A DNA stretch of 64,000 nt, taken from positions 369 through 64,368 of the forward strand of contig CAYVTR010000007.1 in NCBI GenBank assembly GCA_964454905.1. Direction: 5' to 3'. Shown in pieces: positions 8,651 through 17,482 of this stretch; the stretch's first letter is position 1; each line of letters opens with the position of its first letter. Under the pieces are notes generated by a model that was not told the DNA's origin, made no database searches, and saw nothing but the letters and a program-made list of their open reading frames with translations. Both the position numbers and the translations under genes were made by a program. The stretch is from an uncultured Woeseia sp. (GTDB taxonomy: Bacteria; Pseudomonadota; Gammaproteobacteria; Steroidobacterales; UBA11654).

Positions 8651-9487
8651 TTGAAAACAACAAGTCGTATTACTGTTCATAAAAATACTGAAGGTATTAC
8701 TCAAGAAATATCAGATGAAGTTGTCATTGAGGAGCCATTAGAATTTACTATTTGCTTTGGTCCCGCTTCATCTAGGTCTAACAAAAATATTGCTATTACA
8801 ATGCGAACACCGGGCAATGATTTTGAATTAGCCATTGGATTCTTATTTTCTGAAGGTGTGATCAATAATAAACACGATATTCTCTCAGTATCCAGAAATA
8901 AGGGATTAGTCGATGATTCTAATCTTGAAAATACTGTGTTTATTGAGCTCAATGAGTCTGTGAAATTGGACCCAGATAAGATTCGAAATTTTTATATTAA
9001 TTCATCCTGTGGTATTTGTGGTAGCTCAATGGTGGCAGGCATCTCTAAGATACAGCCGATTGATAGTCATGCGAGTAATCTAGAAATTGAAGAGTCTGTT
9101 CTAAGACAACTCCCTGAGAATCTGAGACAAAATCAAGATGCATTCGGAATAACAGGTGGATTGCATGCATCGGCTCTTTTTAATCTCAATGGAGAGATAC
9201 TGCATTTATTTGAAGACGTGGGTCGTCATAATGCATTGGATAAATTAATTGGACAACAGATAAATGAACATGCATTGCCACTGTCCAAATATGGTTTACT
9301 GCTGAGTGGTAGAACCAGTTTTGAGTTAGTGCATAAATCGGCATTAGCAGGAATTCCTATAATAGTAGCAATTGGTGCTCCTTCCAGCTTAGCAATTGAG
9401 GCCGCATGGGAATATGAAATCACTTTGATTGGTTTTTTGAACTCAGATCGTTTTAATATTTACTCTTATCCAAAGAGAATAGTTTGA
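8651..9487 (+). CDS. fdhD: formate dehydrogenase accessory sulfurtransferase FdhD
   Basis: SSCGICGSS and EDVGRHNALDKLIG motifs. TTG start as in the ORF track, so the start is uncertain. Confidence 0.8.
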   Translation: MKTTSRITVHKNTEGITQEISDEVVIEEPLEFTICFGPASSRSNKNIAITMRTPGNDFELAIGFLFSEGVINNKHDILSVSRNKGLVDDSNLENTVFIELNESVKLDPDKIRNFYINSSCGICGSSMVAGISKIQPIDSHASNLEIEESVLRQLPENLRQNQDAFGITGGLHASALFNLNGEILHLFEDVGRHNALDKLIGQQINEHALPLSKYGLLLSGRTSFELVHKSALAGIPIIVAIGAPSSLAIEAAWEYEITLIGFLNSDRFNIYSYPKRIV

Positions 9488-9516
9488 AGTAAAAGAATAA
9501 TTAAGGAAGTAATTTT

Positions 9517-10020
9517 ATGATTAGGAACAAATTTTTGATTTTATTTTTTATGGTACTTATTTTTCCTGTTTTGCTGAATGCACAAGGAAATAATGGAAGA
9601 GGAAAGTGCATGCAACCATTTGGTATCTCTTACTATCTGGTAGAAGGGGGAGACGAAGATGAGTGGCTTGAACTGTATATGAAGTGGCATTATCCTCTGA
9701 TGCAATATGCCTTAGATCATGGGTCTATTATTGAGCATAAACTTTTTGTGCCAGATGGTCATGGTATTGAAGCTCAATGGACATTTGCCGTTTCTTTTCT
9801 ATTTCCAAACTCACAAGAAAGCAAGCCCGCACCTTTAGGTCGAGCAGAATTAATTACAAAACTTTATGGCAATCAAATGGATGATTATATTGCTGGCGAA
9901 CAACGACGCTGGGAACTAACAACCAAACACTGGGACACTGATTTTATTGAGCTCGATAAGTCAGAAATCCCTCTTTCCGTATACAGACCTTCTTTAGGAG
10001 GCTGTGAAAAGAAAAATTAA
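9517..10020 (+). CDS. hypothetical exported protein
   Basis: The N-terminal signal-like segment is MIRNKFLILFFMVLIFPVLLNAQ. I recognise no family. Confidence 0.5.
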   Translation: MIRNKFLILFFMVLIFPVLLNAQGNNGRGKCMQPFGISYYLVEGGDEDEWLELYMKWHYPLMQYALDHGSIIEHKLFVPDGHGIEAQWTFAVSFLFPNSQESKPAPLGRAELITKLYGNQMDDYIAGEQRRWELTTKHWDTDFIELDKSEIPLSVYRPSLGGCEKKN

Positions 10021-10039
10021 CCACAGTTTAGGTATACCA

Positions 10040-10459
10040 ATGTTAACTGATAAAGAAAAACTAAAATTACTTGAAACACATAAGCCACCTTGCCTTGACA
10101 CTTTAAAGGGTAGGGCTACCCAATTGAATTCAGAAAAACAAACTGTAATTATGGAATTCGATGCTGTTCCTGAGTTTTGCCACTCTGAGGCACAAATAGT
10201 TCAGGGAGGGTTTATCACTGGGATGATGGATACTTGTATGGCCCATCTGCTTATAGCTTTGTTGGATTTTAAATTTAATCCAATGTCTTTGGACATCAAT
10301 GTTAGTTTCTTAGCTCCTGCACATCCAGGAATTTTAGTGGCCGAAGCGAAAATTCTTCGTATAGGTAAGAGCATTGCTTTTCTTTCTAGCACCTTGAGCC
10401 AGGGCGAGAAACTAGTCGCCACCTCAACCTCAACAATAAAGCTTATTCCTAGACTCTAA
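10040..10459 (+). CDS. PaaI-family (hotdog fold) thioesterase
   Basis: VQGGFITGMMDTCMAH and RIGKSIAFLSSTL are typical of PaaI/4HBT hotdog thioesterases. I chose the ATG at 10040 to avoid overlap with the upstream gene. The track ORF begins at a GTG at 10004. Confidence 0.65.
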   Translation: MLTDKEKLKLLETHKPPCLDTLKGRATQLNSEKQTVIMEFDAVPEFCHSEAQIVQGGFITGMMDTCMAHLLIALLDFKFNPMSLDINVSFLAPAHPGILVAEAKILRIGKSIAFLSSTLSQGEKLVATSTSTIKLIPRL

Positions 10460-10465
10460 TAGATA

Positions 10466-11395
10466 CTAGCCATCTACTGCCAAGATAGACTTTTCTGCAC
10501 TCCTAACCTTGGTTATCAGCATCGTACCTAATCCAATGATGAAGAGTGATAAATAAGGCTCGTAAGGCCAAAATGGCAGCCACAATACCAGATCTGAAGA
10601 CCACGCTGACGCGGTCAAAAAATCAGTAACACGTTCTTGCCAATAGAGCCCGGGAACTGACCAAATAAGACCAAAGACGATAATGATGCCGCCCAATGCC
10701 CTAAGTGCAAGCGGCATGTTGTTCTCAGCGGCATTCTTATTCGTGGTTTGCCAGCGTTGCTTGCCCCAGGCTGCAATTCTCAGTGCGAACGCAAGAAAAC
10801 CACCCCAGTAGTACACATAGTCAAGTGGTACCGGATTCTCATAACAGGAGAGCCCGTTACAGAGACTCCACCAATAGGTGCTAAAGGGATAGGCCCAGAG
10901 GAAATAGATCCCACTCTTGTGCAGCAACTTCCATTGTTTAGAGCTCAAGTGTTTACGGCCAAAGTGGAAAGATGTCACCACCATGGCGGGAAGAAAGATA
11001 TAGCCGATGCTCCCTTCTAGCTCATCACGAAACAGATAGACTTCTTCAAAGTAGTAATTGTGAAAAAAGTAAGACATTATAAAAATGAACAAGCCTTGCC
11101 ATGCCATGGCAACTGCAAAACATAATCCAATATATTTTCGGTTACGCATTAACCACATTGAGAAGGGTCCTGGATATAGAATCTGAATCGAAGATATTGC
11201 AACTACTAGATAGATGAAAGGCACTGCCCAGCGCACAGAAAACCCAATCATTTCTGACACACCAGATCCAGTTGACATATCAACCCCCATCATGGCAATG
11301 ACCATGATCATGCACATTGGAATAGAAATAAGCCAGAACAAATTCCATTTGTTAATGACTCTATTCTTTAATGTTGTTTTAAGATCAGTACTCAT
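10466..11395 (-). CDS. polytopic inner-membrane protein, unknown family
   Basis: 309 aa, Trp-rich, with about 8 hydrophobic segments. The 3' two-thirds of the gene is visibly more GC-rich than its surroundings. Confidence 0.6.
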   Translation of the reverse strand: MSTDLKTTLKNRVINKWNLFWLISIPMCMIMVIAMMGVDMSTGSGVSEMIGFSVRWAVPFIYLVVAISSIQILYPGPFSMWLMRNRKYIGLCFAVAMAWQGLFIFIMSYFFHNYYFEEVYLFRDELEGSIGYIFLPAMVVTSFHFGRKHLSSKQWKLLHKSGIYFLWAYPFSTYWWSLCNGLSCYENPVPLDYVYYWGGFLAFALRIAAWGKQRWQTTNKNAAENNMPLALRALGGIIIVFGLIWSVPGLYWQERVTDFLTASAWSSDLVLWLPFWPYEPYLSLFIIGLGTMLITKVRSAEKSILAVDG

Positions 11396-11500
11396 ATATG
11401 TCTAGTATTTAAAAATAAAGGATGACTCTTTTTATTGACTATAAATTCAAGCTTTTCCTTATCGTATACGAAGGATATATTTCATGATAGTATTTTTTAG

Positions 11501-11722
11501 ATGGTCAATTTCATGAAACTAAAGGTTCTTCAAGCGATTAAAGTCATGATTGCTTTAGCACCTTGTTTGATCTCCATATACACACTCTATTGGCTTGAAT
11601 CCAATGAGATTTGGACCAGTGAAACTGCACACCGAGGTAAATTGTCATTTGTGACTTTAGTTATAGGGATGGGATTGTCATTTCTCATACAGTCTTATTT
11701 TAAGAAGCACCAGCAGAAATAA
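11501..11722 (+). CDS. small hypothetical membrane protein
   Basis: 73-aa ORF with two hydrophobic segments (IKVMIALAPCLISIYTLYWL and LSFVTLVIGMGLSFLI). No homolog recognised, so it could be spurious. Confidence 0.35.
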   Translation: MVNFMKLKVLQAIKVMIALAPCLISIYTLYWLESNEIWTSETAHRGKLSFVTLVIGMGLSFLIQSYFKKHQQK

Positions 11723-11733
11723 TTAAGCAATCG

Positions 11734-12369
11734 TTAGGTGTCATACCTAATAAATAAGTTACCTTCCATTTCTCTTTTGATACTTGTTTGCGGTCCATGA
11801 CCAGTAATCACAACGGTGGATTCATCCAAAGAATAAATCTTTTCCTGGATTGAGCTCTTAAGCATTTTAAAATCACCTCCAGGTAAATCAGTTCTTCCCA
11901 CAGATCCTTGAAACAAAGTATCACCAGCAATTAACAGTTTTTCTGATTCAAAATGGAAACTAACAGATCCAGGTGTATGCCCTGGTGTATGAATGCAAAC
12001 TCCTGAACAGTGAGTTAAATCTTGTTGATCTTCAATATTAAAATCAGGCGGTGGTGTGGGTTTAAAATCAATATTAAAATAACTGCATTGCATTTCTAGG
12101 GTGTCCCAAAGAAATCTATCGGATTCATTTAGGAAGATCGGTGCACCTGTTTTCTCTTTAATTTCTGCCGAAGCTAAGAAATGATCAAAATGGGCATGAG
12201 TATGATAAATAGCTTCAATGGATAAATTCATGCTGCTTATTGTTTCTAAAATTCTTTCTGCATCTCCGCCAGGGTCAATCAGATAACCTTTCCCAGTTGA
12301 GCTATTACCAATAATCGTGCAGTTGCACTGCAAAGGACCTACTGGGAATGATTTGTAATTAATTGTCAT
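11734..12369 (-). CDS. MBL-fold metallo-hydrolase, YcbL/GloC-like glyoxalase II
   Basis: HTHAHFDH metal motif, HTPGHTPGS, GDTLFQGSVGRTDLPGGD and ITGHGP. The 211-aa length matches the short GloC-type enzymes. Confidence 0.75.
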   Translation of the reverse strand: MTINYKSFPVGPLQCNCTIIGNSSTGKGYLIDPGGDAERILETISSMNLSIEAIYHTHAHFDHFLASAEIKEKTGAPIFLNESDRFLWDTLEMQCSYFNIDFKPTPPPDFNIEDQQDLTHCSGVCIHTPGHTPGSVSFHFESEKLLIAGDTLFQGSVGRTDLPGGDFKMLKSSIQEKIYSLDESTVVITGHGPQTSIKREMEGNLFIRYDT

Positions 12370-12410
12370 GTTATCTGAAGTGAATATGAAGCTATAATAA
12401 GTCCATTGTT

Positions 12411-14081
12411 ATGTATCAGTCCATAGAAAATTTATCCATTCAGAGACATTTTGTAAATCTGGGCTCTCGTCAAGTCCATTATAGAATCTCAGGCTCTGGG
12501 CCCGTTTTGGTTCTTTTACATCAAAGCCCAACATCATCAGCTGAGATGGCAACTGTTATTGAGAACTTAAGTGATGAGTTCACGGTTATTGCTCCTGATA
12601 CTCCAGGTTTTGGCCTGTCTGACTTCATTGATGGAATTGAGCCAGATATTTCACAATACGCAGAAGCTTTAAAGGAGTTTCTGGATGCATTAGAAATAAA
12701 CCAAGCTTGTTTTTATGGTTTTCATACGGGAGCAATCATAGCCACTGAAATCGCTCGTCTTTACCCAGAACTCTGTAATGCTGTGGTGGTAAATGGCTTA
12801 GTTGTTTTAGAGCCTGAAGAAGAAGCTGGCATCCTAAAACACTACACTAAATGGTTTGAGCCTACACCTGAAGGAAGTCAGATGTCATGGATTTGGTCAA
12901 GAATTAGAGACCAACTAATTTTTTTCCCTTGGTTTAAAAAAGAATTAGGAAATAAGATGAGTATTGATCTTCCAAACCCAGAATTCCTTCAGCCCTATAT
13001 TTTAGATTTACTTCGATCCAATGAGGCTTCACAAACAGCTTATCAGGCGGCTTTTTTATATCCCTCAAGGGAACGTATAAGAGAATTACAAGTCCCAACT
13101 TTTCTTATTAACCATGAGGGCGACCCAATCGCAGATCACCCCAGAAGACTCAGTAATCTACCAAATAATGTGGTTATTGAGCAGTTATCAGATCCAGTGG
13201 CAGTGGAAGAAAGGTCCAGAGAGATTTTTAACAAATATTCTGTAAATAAAGATTATATCCACAACAATACTAGCGATCGTTTGCGATCAGGAAAACAAGG
13301 GTTTGCACCAACGACTCATGGCTCTATCTATTATTCAGTTGAAGGTAATAATGTAGAAAACACAGTGCTTTTCCTTCATGATCTCGGTCAATCATCCAGA
13401 GCAGAATTATTTCATTCAATAAGGATAAAAGATTCATTAAAATTATACGTTGATCTTCCAGGACATGGCGAAACAGGACCAACGCATTTAACCAACTATT
13501 CTCCTCAATCAATAGTTGGAATGCTTAAAGAGACCCTTAATTATCTAGGTCTTTCAAATCTCTCCATTATCAGTGTTGGGGCTTCTGTACCTATCGCTTT
13601 ACGATTATCCGAACAAACAAATTTAACCATAGACAATCTAGTCTTAATAGATCCTTGGTGTTTAAGTGAGCTAGAAAAAGAAAAATATATTGAGAATTAT
13701 GTGCCTGACATTACACCCAGTCAATATGGAGAGCATCTTATGAGGTCCTGGTATTTTGCAAGAGACAGCGAACTTTTTTTCCCTTGGTTTGAAGCAAAAT
13801 CCTCGACTGCATTGAATCGTCCGCCAGATATTAAAGCTGAGAGTGTCCATGAAAAAGCAGTCGAAATTTTGAAAGCTGGGCCAGGATTAAAGCTAGTGGC
13901 AAAAGATTTGATTGGATATGATATTCGAGAGGATTTAGAAAATTTTTCTCAAAAGCTAACAATATTTATTTGGCAAGGTAACTTAAGAGAGATTTTTGCA
14001 GAAAGAATTAATAACCAACTAGATGATGTACAGATTAATTATTTACCAGAAGATAAAAATGACTGGTTAATTGAGTTTTAG
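12411..14081 (+). CDS. protein with two tandem alpha/beta-hydrolase-fold-like halves
   Basis: First half: PVLVLLHQSPTSSAEM...VIAPDTPGFGLSD...FYGFHTGAIIA. Second half: TVLFLHDLGQSS...YVDLPGHGETG...IISVGASVPIAL. Both halves are followed by a FFPWF motif. Confidence 0.65.
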   Translation: MYQSIENLSIQRHFVNLGSRQVHYRISGSGPVLVLLHQSPTSSAEMATVIENLSDEFTVIAPDTPGFGLSDFIDGIEPDISQYAEALKEFLDALEINQACFYGFHTGAIIATEIARLYPELCNAVVVNGLVVLEPEEEAGILKHYTKWFEPTPEGSQMSWIWSRIRDQLIFFPWFKKELGNKMSIDLPNPEFLQPYILDLLRSNEASQTAYQAAFLYPSRERIRELQVPTFLINHEGDPIADHPRRLSNLPNNVVIEQLSDPVAVEERSREIFNKYSVNKDYIHNNTSDRLRSGKQGFAPTTHGSIYYSVEGNNVENTVLFLHDLGQSSRAELFHSIRIKDSLKLYVDLPGHGETGPTHLTNYSPQSIVGMLKETLNYLGLSNLSIISVGASVPIALRLSEQTNLTIDNLVLIDPWCLSELEKEKYIENYVPDITPSQYGEHLMRSWYFARDSELFFPWFEAKSSTALNRPPDIKAESVHEKAVEILKAGPGLKLVAKDLIGYDIREDLENFSQKLTIFIWQGNLREIFAERINNQLDDVQINYLPEDKNDWLIEF

Positions 14082-14091
14082 GAGGAACAAG

Positions 14092-15666
14092 ATGTCTGAC
14101 ACGAATAAGAATGTTGTTAAAGTGCTTAAAGCAGCAGTAGGAAAAGATAATGTTTTGACAGATCAAGAATCCCTGTCTTTCTATTCAATGGATGTTTATC
14201 GATCTATAGAAACACCCATAGCAGTTGTTCAACCAGGATCCACAGAGGAGCTTCAAGAAGCTGTACGAGTAGCGACAGGTTTAGATGTTGCTATAGTAAC
14301 GCGTGGAGGAGGAGCATCATACACTGATGGCTACCTTCCCACCACTGCTGAATCAGTCATTGTCGATACTTCTCGACTTAATAAGATTCTTGAGATCAAT
14401 GAAGAGGACATGTTCATTACTGTTGAACCTGGGATTACTTGGGCGGAAATGACTGACGCATTAGCTGAGAGTAATTTAAGAACACCTTTTTGGGGACCCT
14501 TTTCAGGATTAAAAGCAACAGTTGGTGGTTCAACTTCACAAAATAGTGTAAGTATGGGAACCAGTAGATACGGAGGATCCCCAGAGTCAATACTTTGTTA
14601 TGACATTGTTTTAGCAAATGGCGATATTCTGAAAACAGGCTCTTCTGCAATGGAACAAAGTTCACCATTTTTCAGGCACTATGGACCCGATTTAACCGGC
14701 TTATTTTCTGGTGATGCTGGGTCATTGGGTGTTAAGGCAAAAATTACACTGCGTCTAATAAAGTTACCCAGTCATAGTCTCACTTGTTCTTTTGGTTTTA
14801 AGAGCTACGATGCCATGAGCCAGGCGATGGCAGCTGTAGCAAGAGAAGAGTCAGCTTCAAGTAATTGGGGCTTGGACCCTAAATTACAGCAGGGTCAGCT
14901 TGGTAGCACTTCATTCAGTGATGCGCTCAAAGCCGCTTTTGCTGTTTTAAAAACAGCTCGTAATCCATTTGAGGCTTTTGTTCAACTGGGTAAGATGGCC
15001 CTTGCAGGAAAGCGATTTTTAACTGGTTACGATTATTCAGCTCACTTTGTCGTAGACGGCTATTCAATCAGTGAAGTCAAAAGTAAATTGGCACAAACTA
15101 GAAAAGCACTGTCTCCTTACGGCACAGAAATTGCAAACACCATACCAACAGTTCTAGGCGCGATGCCTTTCATGCCTCTTTATCCTATTTTAGGACCTCA
15201 AGGAGAGAGGTGGGTTCCGATGCATGGCTTATTGTCTTTTTCAAAAATGCAGGAGATGCATCAGCGATTAATGGATCTTTACAGAGAAAAGAAAGGTGAA
15301 ATGGAAGAATGTTCAGTTTATGCAGGTGCAATGTATATGACGTATTCCACACATAGTTTCCTCTATGAGGTGGCTTTATATTGGCAAGACGATCGGACTG
15401 TTTATCATAAACTTTACTTGGATCAAGACTATCTTGATATGCTACCAACTTACCCTGAAAATAAAAAAGGCAGAGCTTTAGTTGCTGAACTTCGCGCTTC
15501 AATTCAGGAAATATATTCAGATCTTGGTGCCGTTCATTTTCAAGTAGGAAAGAGCTATCCATATCAAAAAGGCAGGCAAACTCTAGCCGCTGAAACTCTA
15601 AGGGCAATAAAGAAGTCGGTGGATCCAAAGAATCTAATGAATCCAGGAGCACTAGGCCTTGAATAG
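14092..15666 (+). CDS. FAD-binding (PCMH/VAO-type) FAD-linked oxidase
   Basis: The FAD-binding N-terminal domain (VVQPGSTEELQEAVRVA...IVTRGGGASYTDG) and the typical C-terminal tail KSVDPKNLMNPGALGL. I chose the ATG at 14092, which follows AGGAGG. The track starts at a TTG at 14071. Confidence 0.8.
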   Translation: MSDTNKNVVKVLKAAVGKDNVLTDQESLSFYSMDVYRSIETPIAVVQPGSTEELQEAVRVATGLDVAIVTRGGGASYTDGYLPTTAESVIVDTSRLNKILEINEEDMFITVEPGITWAEMTDALAESNLRTPFWGPFSGLKATVGGSTSQNSVSMGTSRYGGSPESILCYDIVLANGDILKTGSSAMEQSSPFFRHYGPDLTGLFSGDAGSLGVKAKITLRLIKLPSHSLTCSFGFKSYDAMSQAMAAVAREESASSNWGLDPKLQQGQLGSTSFSDALKAAFAVLKTARNPFEAFVQLGKMALAGKRFLTGYDYSAHFVVDGYSISEVKSKLAQTRKALSPYGTEIANTIPTVLGAMPFMPLYPILGPQGERWVPMHGLLSFSKMQEMHQRLMDLYREKKGEMEECSVYAGAMYMTYSTHSFLYEVALYWQDDRTVYHKLYLDQDYLDMLPTYPENKKGRALVAELRASIQEIYSDLGAVHFQVGKSYPYQKGRQTLAAETLRAIKKSVDPKNLMNPGALGLE

Positions 15667-15670
15667 GCAA

Positions 15671-17461
15671 ATGAAAAATTCAATAACCCTGCTACTGACC
15701 ATCCCTTTATTAGCCTGTTCTCAGTATTCTGATCAATTACAAACCAAACACCCTCCATACAATGAAAGACCTAGAGTAGGGGTTCTTTATGTGTCTCACG
15801 GAGGAAATGAAACGTATGGTGAAAAACAGGTTTGGGAATCCACTGTTCAAATTTTTTCGTACGATAAGAACAGTCCAGTCTATCAGCGAATTTTGTGGAA
15901 CCCTGATTATTGGCCTCAATTCTATGGATTTGGGAATGCGACAAAAGAAATAGGCAAGTATTCTTTTGAATATGAGCGAATAGGGGGTGTTGACCCCTAC
16001 CCGAAATCTAAAGCTGAACTCACTCAACATTTAGTTGAACTGATGAATGCTTATGAAAATAAATACGAAATGGATTTTATTGTAGATAAAATGTCTTGGT
16101 TAAGTCCCGAGATAGTCGAATTAGCCAATCCAAGAAGGCTGTACTACCCAGGAACAGAAGATGGCTCAATACTGGCTTATTGTGGCAAGGGAGATGACTC
16201 ATGGTTAGACTGTAATCCTGATCGATATGATATTGATGGACCCATCGAGAGACTTCTAAAGATAGGTGTTGAGCGATTTATAATTGTGGATCTAACAACA
16301 GCCGGTGCTCGTTTTTCTAAAACCTTCGACGTATACACCGTAGCTAAGCAGGTTATTGATAAGCATAATCAAGCCACAGGGGAAAACGTGGTTATTGAAT
16401 GGGTTAATGATCCAGATAATCTGATGGTGAAATCATACCCACAGGATGCATCTGGATGGACACGATCTAAGGGTAAACCTGAGATCAACCCAATTATTGC
16501 AATTTCAGATTTCCCTAATCCTGTTATTGAAGACCTGAGATTAGCTAAATTCCAAGTGGAGGGTATTGCATCACAATTTAATGAAAACGTGTCACTTAAG
16601 GACACGGGTGTTCTCATGATTAATCACGGAATTCGAAATGGTGATGAAGTATTTGATCCAAAAATTAACGACACGCTTACTCTTAATAAGAACATTAAAA
16701 ATCTCTTACTTCAAAACTTTCCTGAATTAAAAACACAAAATATTTTAGGAGGTTGGTTTGGTGAAATGGTTATCAATCAAAGAGTGAAACCATCCCCACC
16801 GGCTTTCACACAAATGGAAAGGACTCGGGAAATGCGAGGAGAGAATTTAGGTTATATCGTCCTTCATGACAGCGATGGTGAAGTACCAGCAGGTGAATGG
16901 GGTTATCGTTATTGGGAAGCTCTTGATCAACTAAAGAAAAATAAAGTCAAGCATATCGTCATTGTATTTCCTCAAATCATGGAAAATTCTGTTTTAAACC
17001 TTGTTGAAGTTCCCAATCAGATAGCCAAAGAGATTGGTTATAAGAATTGGCTGCATTTCGATACATTGGATTTTGATACCTACCCAGAATACGGTCACCC
17101 CTTTGCTGATTATTGGGGAATATGGGTGTCAACGTCATGTGCTATTCCTTCGGATACTAATCAATCTGAGCAGTGTTGTTTAACCATGGGGGGTTGCTCA
17201 ACTGGGCAATCATACCCACCACCTCGGCAAGCTAAGCTTAATGAGAGACGCAATGATCTAGATCCTTCTTTGGCTTATGATGTTTCTGAATTTGGGCACT
17301 TAGGCTATAGGTCTGCGTTAGGTGCTCCAAATCTCAGTCAACCCGTCCAAAATCAATATTCAGGAACTTGGTCAATGTGGAAAGTGACCGAAGATCACCA
17401 CGCTTTAGCTAAGTTTCTTGCAGATAAGGTCGTTGAACATATAGAATCAAGTCAAAATTAA
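15671..17461 (+). CDS. lipoprotein with ferrochelatase/CbiK-like (class II chelatase) two-lobe architecture and Cys-rich C-terminus; function unknown
   Basis: Lipobox in MKNSITLLLTIPLLAC-SQ. By-eye similarity to ferrochelatase blocks (GVLYVSHGG; YERIGGVDPYPKSKAELTQHL; GVERFIIVDLTTAGARFS; GVLMINHGI; KHIVIVFPQIMENSVLNLVEV). Five Cys occur in STSCAIPSDTNQSEQCCLTMGGCSTG. Confidence 0.5.
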   Translation: MKNSITLLLTIPLLACSQYSDQLQTKHPPYNERPRVGVLYVSHGGNETYGEKQVWESTVQIFSYDKNSPVYQRILWNPDYWPQFYGFGNATKEIGKYSFEYERIGGVDPYPKSKAELTQHLVELMNAYENKYEMDFIVDKMSWLSPEIVELANPRRLYYPGTEDGSILAYCGKGDDSWLDCNPDRYDIDGPIERLLKIGVERFIIVDLTTAGARFSKTFDVYTVAKQVIDKHNQATGENVVIEWVNDPDNLMVKSYPQDASGWTRSKGKPEINPIIAISDFPNPVIEDLRLAKFQVEGIASQFNENVSLKDTGVLMINHGIRNGDEVFDPKINDTLTLNKNIKNLLLQNFPELKTQNILGGWFGEMVINQRVKPSPPAFTQMERTREMRGENLGYIVLHDSDGEVPAGEWGYRYWEALDQLKKNKVKHIVIVFPQIMENSVLNLVEVPNQIAKEIGYKNWLHFDTLDFDTYPEYGHPFADYWGIWVSTSCAIPSDTNQSEQCCLTMGGCSTGQSYPPPRQAKLNERRNDLDPSLAYDVSEFGHLGYRSALGAPNLSQPVQNQYSGTWSMWKVTEDHHALAKFLADKVVEHIESSQN

Positions 17462-17482
17462 AAAGGGAAACAGGAAAAGAGT

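Noticed and set aside
15185-15670. 161-aa ORF antisense to the FAD-linked oxidase gene
   Set aside because: It is nested in a gene with strong family motifs on the other strand. Its composition looks like a reverse-frame artefact.
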